Part shown: positions 58,801-64,000 of the stretch, piece by piece | How positions within the stretch are numbered: position 1 is the stretch's first letter | How the letters are laid out: every line of letters starts with the position of its first letter | Assembly: GCA_009914755.4 (NCBI GenBank) | Contig: CP086569.2 | Location: 12,448,001-12,512,000, forward strand | Direction: 5' to 3' | Source of the DNA: the human T2T-CHM13v2.0 reference genome, Homo sapiens | DNA: 64,000 nt | Program-made: the position numbers and the translations under genes | Notes under the pieces: model-generated | Told to the model about the DNA's origin: nothing | Seen by the model: only the letters and a program-made list of their open reading frames with translations | The model's database searches: none

Positions 58801-61800
58801 TGGATTGGAATGGAATGGTCTCCAATGGAATGGACTGGAGTGGAACGGAATCGAATGGAATGAAAAGAATGGAACGGAATGGAACGGAAAGGAATAGAAT
58901 GTTATGGAATCCGATTGGACAGAATGGAATGGAATGGAGTTTCATGAAATGGAGTCGAATAGAGTGGCATCAAAAGGAATGTAATGGAACGGAGTGGACT
59001 CCAAAGGAATGGACTCGAAAGGAATGGAGTCGAACCAAATTGAATCCAATGGATTGGAGTCGAACAGAATGGAATGGAATGGAATGAACTCGACTGGAGT
59101 AGAGAGGAATGTAAAGGAATAGAATGGAATGTAATCAAATGGATTGCAAGTGAATGGAATCAAAAATAATAGAAAGGAATGGAGTGTCAAGGGATGATAT
59201 TGAATATAATGGAATGGAATGGAATTCAATGGAATGGAGTCGAAGGAATGGACAGGAATGTAATGGACTCCAATGGAATGGAATGGATGAAAATGGATTT
59301 GAACAGATTGGAATCGAACAGAATGGAATGCAACGGAATGGAACGGACTCGAATGGAGAAGAGACAAAAGGAATGGAAACGAATTCAATGGAATTGAAAA
59401 GAATAGAATGGAATGGCGTGTAATGGTAAGATACTAAATGGAATGGAATTGAATGGAATGGAATGGAATGGAATGGACTCAACTGTAATGCACTCGAATG
59501 GAATATACTCAAATAGAATGGAATCGAAAGGAAAGGTATCAAATGGAATTTATTCAATACAATGGAATCGAATGGAATTCAATAGAATGGAATGAAATCG
59601 AATGTAATGGAATCAAATAGAATGGACCAGAATGGAATGGACTGCCATAGAACGGACTGCAGTGTAATGGATTGAATTCTAATTCATTCAAATGGAATGG
59701 AATGGAATGGAATGGAATGGAATGGAATGGAATGGAATGGAATCCAATGGAATGGATAGGATTGTACTGGATTGGAATAGAATGGAATGCGACGGAGTGC
59801 AATGGAGTTGAATGAAGTGGAATGGAATTGATTGGAATGGAATCAAATGGAATGGACGGAATGGAATGGACTGGAAGAGAACAGACTCGAATATAATCGA
59901 TTGCAATGTAATTGATTCAAATGGAATGGAATCGAATGGAATGTAATAAAATTGAAGGGATTGGAGTTCAATGCAATGGAAAAGAATGGAATGCAAAGGA
60001 ATGGAAAGGAACGGAGTGAAATCGAGTGTAATGGAATCGAATAGAATGAAATCGAATGGAAAGGACTCAAAAGAAATGGACGAGGGACAAAACGGAATCG
60101 AACTGATTGGAATGGAAAGGAACGGAATGGAATGGAATGGTCTCCATTGGATGGGAGTGGAACGGATTGGAATGGAATGGAATGAAATGGAAGGGAAAGG
60201 TATAGAATGGAATGGAATGGAATGGAATGGAATGGAATGGAATGGAATGGAATGGAAGGTAGTGGAAAGATATCGAACGGATTGGAAAGGAATGCAATGG
60301 ACCCTAATGGAATGGAATGGAATTCAACAGAAACGAATGGAATGGACTGGAGTGAAATGGAGTCGAATGTAATTGACTGGAGTGGAATGGACTCGAAAGG
60401 AATGGACTCGAATAGAATGGACTGGAATGGATTGTACTCGAATGGAGTGGAAAGGAATAAAATGGATTCCACCAGATTGGAATGGAACAGACTGAAATGG
60501 AATGGAATGGAATGCAATGGAACGGCTCGACTGGAATGCAGTCGAATGCAATGGAATAGAAAGGAAAGGAATTGAATGGAATTGAAAGTAATAGAATTAA
60601 ATGGAGTGCAAAGGAAAGATATCGAATGGAATGGATCGAAAAGAAATCGAATGGAATGGACAGGAATGGAATGGAATAGAATGAAATAGACTGGCGTGCA
60701 ATGAAAACGAATGGAATGGAATGGAAAGGAATGGAGTACAATAAATACTATGGAATGGAATGGAATGGGATGGAATGCAATGGAATGGAATGGAATGGAG
60801 GTGAAAGGAAAAGAATGGATTGGAATGTCACCGAATGGAAAGATATGGAATGGAAAGGAGTGGATACGAATGGAATGGAATAGAAAGGAACGGAAAGGTA
60901 AAGAATGGAATGGAATCGGATAGAATGGAATGCAATGTAATTGAGTCGAATGGAAAATAATCGAGTAGAATGATATCGAATGGAATGGAATGGAATGGAC
61001 TCGAATGGAATGGACTCAAATGGATTAGAATAGAATGGAATGGAACTAAACGTAATGAACTCGAATGGAATAGACACAAATAGAATGGAAGAGAAACGAA
61101 TGGTATTGAATGGAATTTATTCGAATAGAATGGAATTCAATGGAATGCAACAGTGTGGCATGGAATCAAATGGAATGGAATCGAATGGAATGGACCCGAG
61201 TGGAATGGACTCACATAGAACAGCCTGGAATGTAATGGATGACAATGTATTAGATTCGAAAGGACTGAAATCGAATGGAATGTAATCAAATAGAACGGAA
61301 TTGAATGCATGGAATGGCATAGAAAGTAATGCAATGGAATGGAATAGACTGGAATGGAATGGAATCGGATGGAATGTAATGAAATGTAATGGAAGGAATG
61401 CCATGGAATGGAATGGAATGGAATGCAATGGGCCGGTGTATAATGGAGTGCAATGGAATTCAGTGGAATGTAGTCAATAAGAATGAAATAGAATGGAATT
61501 CAATATAAGGGAATGGCATCCAATGGCAAGGAATGGAGTGGACTCCAATGGAATCAACATGAAAGGAATATAATATAATGGAATGGTATTTAACGAAATG
61601 GAATGCAATGGAGTTAAAAGGTAAAATATCGAATGGAAAAGAATTGAATGGACTCGAATGGAATATAATGGAAAGGAATGGACTCGAATGGAATGTACTA
61701 GAGTTGAATGCAATGGAATGGAATGGAAAACAATGGAAAGGAAAGGAAGGGAATTGAAAGGAAAGGAATAGAATGGAATGGAATCGGATAGAACGGAATT

Positions 61801-63300
61801 GAATGGAATGGAAACTAAAGGAATAGAATAGAAAGGAATGGCATTGAATAGAATGGAATGGAATGGAATCAGATGGAACAGAAAGGAATGGAATAGAATC
61901 GAATGGTATGGCATCGAATGGATTGGAATGGAATGGAATGGAATGGAAAGGAATGGAATGGACTCGAATGGAATATACTCAAATGGAATAAAATAGAATG
62001 GAATGGAAGTAAATATAATGGACTCGAATGGAATGGATTGGAATAAATTGGAATTGAATGTATTGGATTCGAATGGAAAGGAATGGAATGGAATGGAATG
62101 GATTCGAATGGAATGGAATCGAATGGAATGGAACGAATTGGAATGTAATTGAATGGCGTCGAAAACAGTAGAAAGAAATGAAGTTTAATCGAATGATATC
62201 GAATGGAATTGAATGGAATGTACGCGAATGGAATGGACTGGAATGGAATGGACTCTATGGGAATGAAGAGGAGTGGAATGGACTCGAATGTCATGGAGAC
62301 GATTGGAATGGAAAGGAATGCAAAGGAATGGAATGGAATGGAATCTGATGCATCACAATGGAATGGAATGGGGTCGAATGGAATAGAATCGAAAGGAATG
62401 GCATCCAATGGAATGGAAACGAATTGAATGGAATGGCATGGAATGGAATGGAAAGGAATATAATGGAAAGGAATCGGATGGAACGGAATGGAATGTAATG
62501 GAGTCGAATGGAATAGAATCTAATAGGATTGCATTGATAGTAATGGAATCGAACGGACTCGAAAGGATTGGAGCCTAACAGAAGAGAATCGAACAAAATA
62601 GCATCAAATGGAATGGAAATGAATGGAATGGAAAGGAATGGAATGGAATGGAATGGAATGGAATGGAATGGAATGGAATGGAATGGAATGGACACACATG
62701 TAATGGACTGGAATGGAATGGAATCAAATAGAATGGACGCGAATGGAATGGTCTCGAATGGAATTTATGAAAATAGAATGGAATCGAAAGTCATTGAACA
62801 TTATGGAATGGAATCAAATGGAATGAAATCGAATGGAAGGAACCGGAATGGAATGTACTGGAATAGAACGGACTCGAATGTTACGGAAAGAAAAGTAAGT
62901 GATTCGGATGTCTTTTAATTGAATGGAATGAAATCAAATGGAATGGAAAGGAATAAAATGGAATGGAATGAAATAGAATGCAATAGAATGGAAGGGAGTG
63001 GAGTCGAGTTGAATGGAATCGAATTGAATGGAATAGAATGGAACAGAATCAAATGGAATGGATTCGAATGCAATGGAACCGAATGGAATGGACTGGAACA
63101 TAATGGAATCGAACGTATTGGAATCGAAAGGAATGGAAAGGAATTGAATGCAATGGAAAGCAATGGAATCGAATGTAATGGAGTCGTACGTAGTGGAGTC
63201 GAATGGAATGGAATCAAATGGAAGGAAAAGAATACAATCGAATGGAATAGAATAGAATGCAATAGAATGAAACGGAGTGGAATCGAGTGGAATGGAATAG
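55858..63300. repeat. HOR copy 11, long form, whose 3' end degenerates
   Basis: Marker at 55858. Extra segment at about 57415..61194 (direct repeats 57390-57414 and 61170-61194). Landmarks d, e and f are present. The g-region diverges progressively from about 63300. Confidence 0.8.
57415..61194. other. Long-form-specific ~3.78 kb segment in HOR copy 11, with expanded internal (ggaat)n tracts
   Basis: Collinear with the other long-form segments. Pure ggaat runs at 59696-59745 and 60207-60250 are longer than in the other copies. Confidence 0.8.
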
Positions 63301-64000
63301 AATTGAATGGAATGGAAAGCAATGGAATCGAATAGAATGGAGTTGAATGGAATGGAAACGAATGCAATGGAAAGGAACAAAATGGAATCGAACAGATTGG
63401 AATCGAATGGTTCCAAATCAAATGGAATGGAATATAATGGAATGGAATGGAATGGAATGGACTCCAATGGAATGGATTCGAATGGAATGGAGTCGAAAGG
63501 AATGGAAAAGAATATAATGGAATCAAATGGAATGGAATTGAATAGAAAAGGAAAAGAATGGAAGGAAGTGTAATGGAAGATAACGAATGAAATGGAATAG
63601 AATGTAATGGACTGGAATGGAATGGACTGGAACGAAATGGACTGGAATGGAATGGACTCGAAAGGAATGGACTGTAGGGGAATGGACTCGAATGGAATGG
63701 AAACAAATGGAATGGAAATGATTGGAATTGAAAGGAATAGAATGGCAAGGAATAGAATGGAATGGAATCACATTGAATGGATTGGAATTGCTTGCAGTCG
63801 AAAGGAATAGAAAAGAATGGAATGGTATCAAATGGAACGGAATGGAAGGCAATGGAATTTAATTGAATGGAATGGACTTGAATCGAATACAATCGAATGC
63901 AATGGCATTGAATGGAATGTAAAGGACCCAAATGTAATGGACCCAAATGGAATGGACTCAAATAGAGTAGACCCGAAAGAAATAGAATCGACTGGAATTC
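63300..64000. repeat. Divergent HSat-like sequence not matching the HOR consensus (possible array-domain boundary or a variant copy)
   Basis: The expected unit end (ggacccaaatgtaatgaactctaatgaaatggactttaatagaatggattagaaaac) is absent. Instead: ggactccaatggaatggattcgaatgg ... ggactgtaggggaatggactcg ... cattgaatggattggaattgcttgcagtcgaaagg, which occurs nowhere else in the window. Confidence 0.6.

Larger units (their letters stand above)
1..64000. repeat. Classical pericentromeric satellite array, (GGAAT)n-derived (HSat2/HSat3 family), single orientation with GGAAT on the + strand
   Basis: Pervasive ggaatggaat pentamers interspersed with cgaatgg, ggactcgaatgg and ggacccgagtgg variants, across the whole window. 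All six-frame ORFs are the periodic MEWNG / IPFHS artefacts. Strong G>C skew on the + strand. There is no unique sequence anywhere. Confidence 0.95.

Noticed and set aside
1-64000. CRISPR-like array (short direct repeats at regular spacing)
   Set aside because: The repeats are 5-bp pentamers and kilobase-scale HOR units with no unique spacers between constant repeats, and no cas genes or leader. This is a eukaryotic satellite architecture.
1-64000. The suggestion that the window holds a novel biological (for example defence or operon-like) system
   Set aside because: There is no unique or coding sequence at all. The window is 100% tandem satellite, and the only system present is the HOR repeat architecture described above.
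1-64000. Assignment to a specific classical array (for example DYZ1 on Yq12, 9q12 HSat3, 1q12 or 16q11 HSat2)
   Set aside because: The unit length (~3.84 kb) and two HaeIII sites per unit are suggestive handles, but I cannot match them to a catalogued HOR from memory with confidence. This needs alignment to an annotated complete assembly.

Overview
The entire 64 kb window is one uninterrupted array of classical pericentromeric satellite DNA of the (GGAAT)n / (ATTCC)n family, i.e. human (or great-ape) HSat2/HSat3-like sequence. The purine-rich GGAAT strand is the + strand throughout, with no strand switches.

The array has a higher-order repeat (HOR) organisation with a basic unit of about 3.84 kb. 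A fixed marker (ggattagaaaacaatgggctcgaatggaatttaatcaagtcgaatttaatggaatgg) recurs at 1, 3842, 10101, 13932, 17788, 21599, 29185, 36815, 44420, 48261 and 55858. Copies are roughly 98-99% identical by eye.

Three structural forms of the unit alternate:
- a short form of 3811-3856 bp;
- a long form of 7586-7630 bp, which is the short form plus a ~3.77 kb satellite-like segment bounded by a 25-bp direct repeat;
- one 6259-bp form carrying a ~2.4 kb internal tandem duplication whose junction lies inside a pure (GGAAT)n tract.

There are no credible protein-coding genes, RNA genes, CRISPR arrays or mobile elements. Every ORF in the supplied six-frame track is an artefact of the pentameric repeat: (GGAAT)n reads G-M-E-W-N and (ATTCC)n reads I-P-F-H-S in all frames without stops, and the same ORF recurs at the HOR period.

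Nothing here supports a novel biological system in the prokaryotic-operon sense. The structure of interest is the HOR architecture itself: the indel and duplication variants, pentamer-tract length polymorphism, and local homogenisation patterns. Chromosome of origin cannot be determined from the sequence alone.
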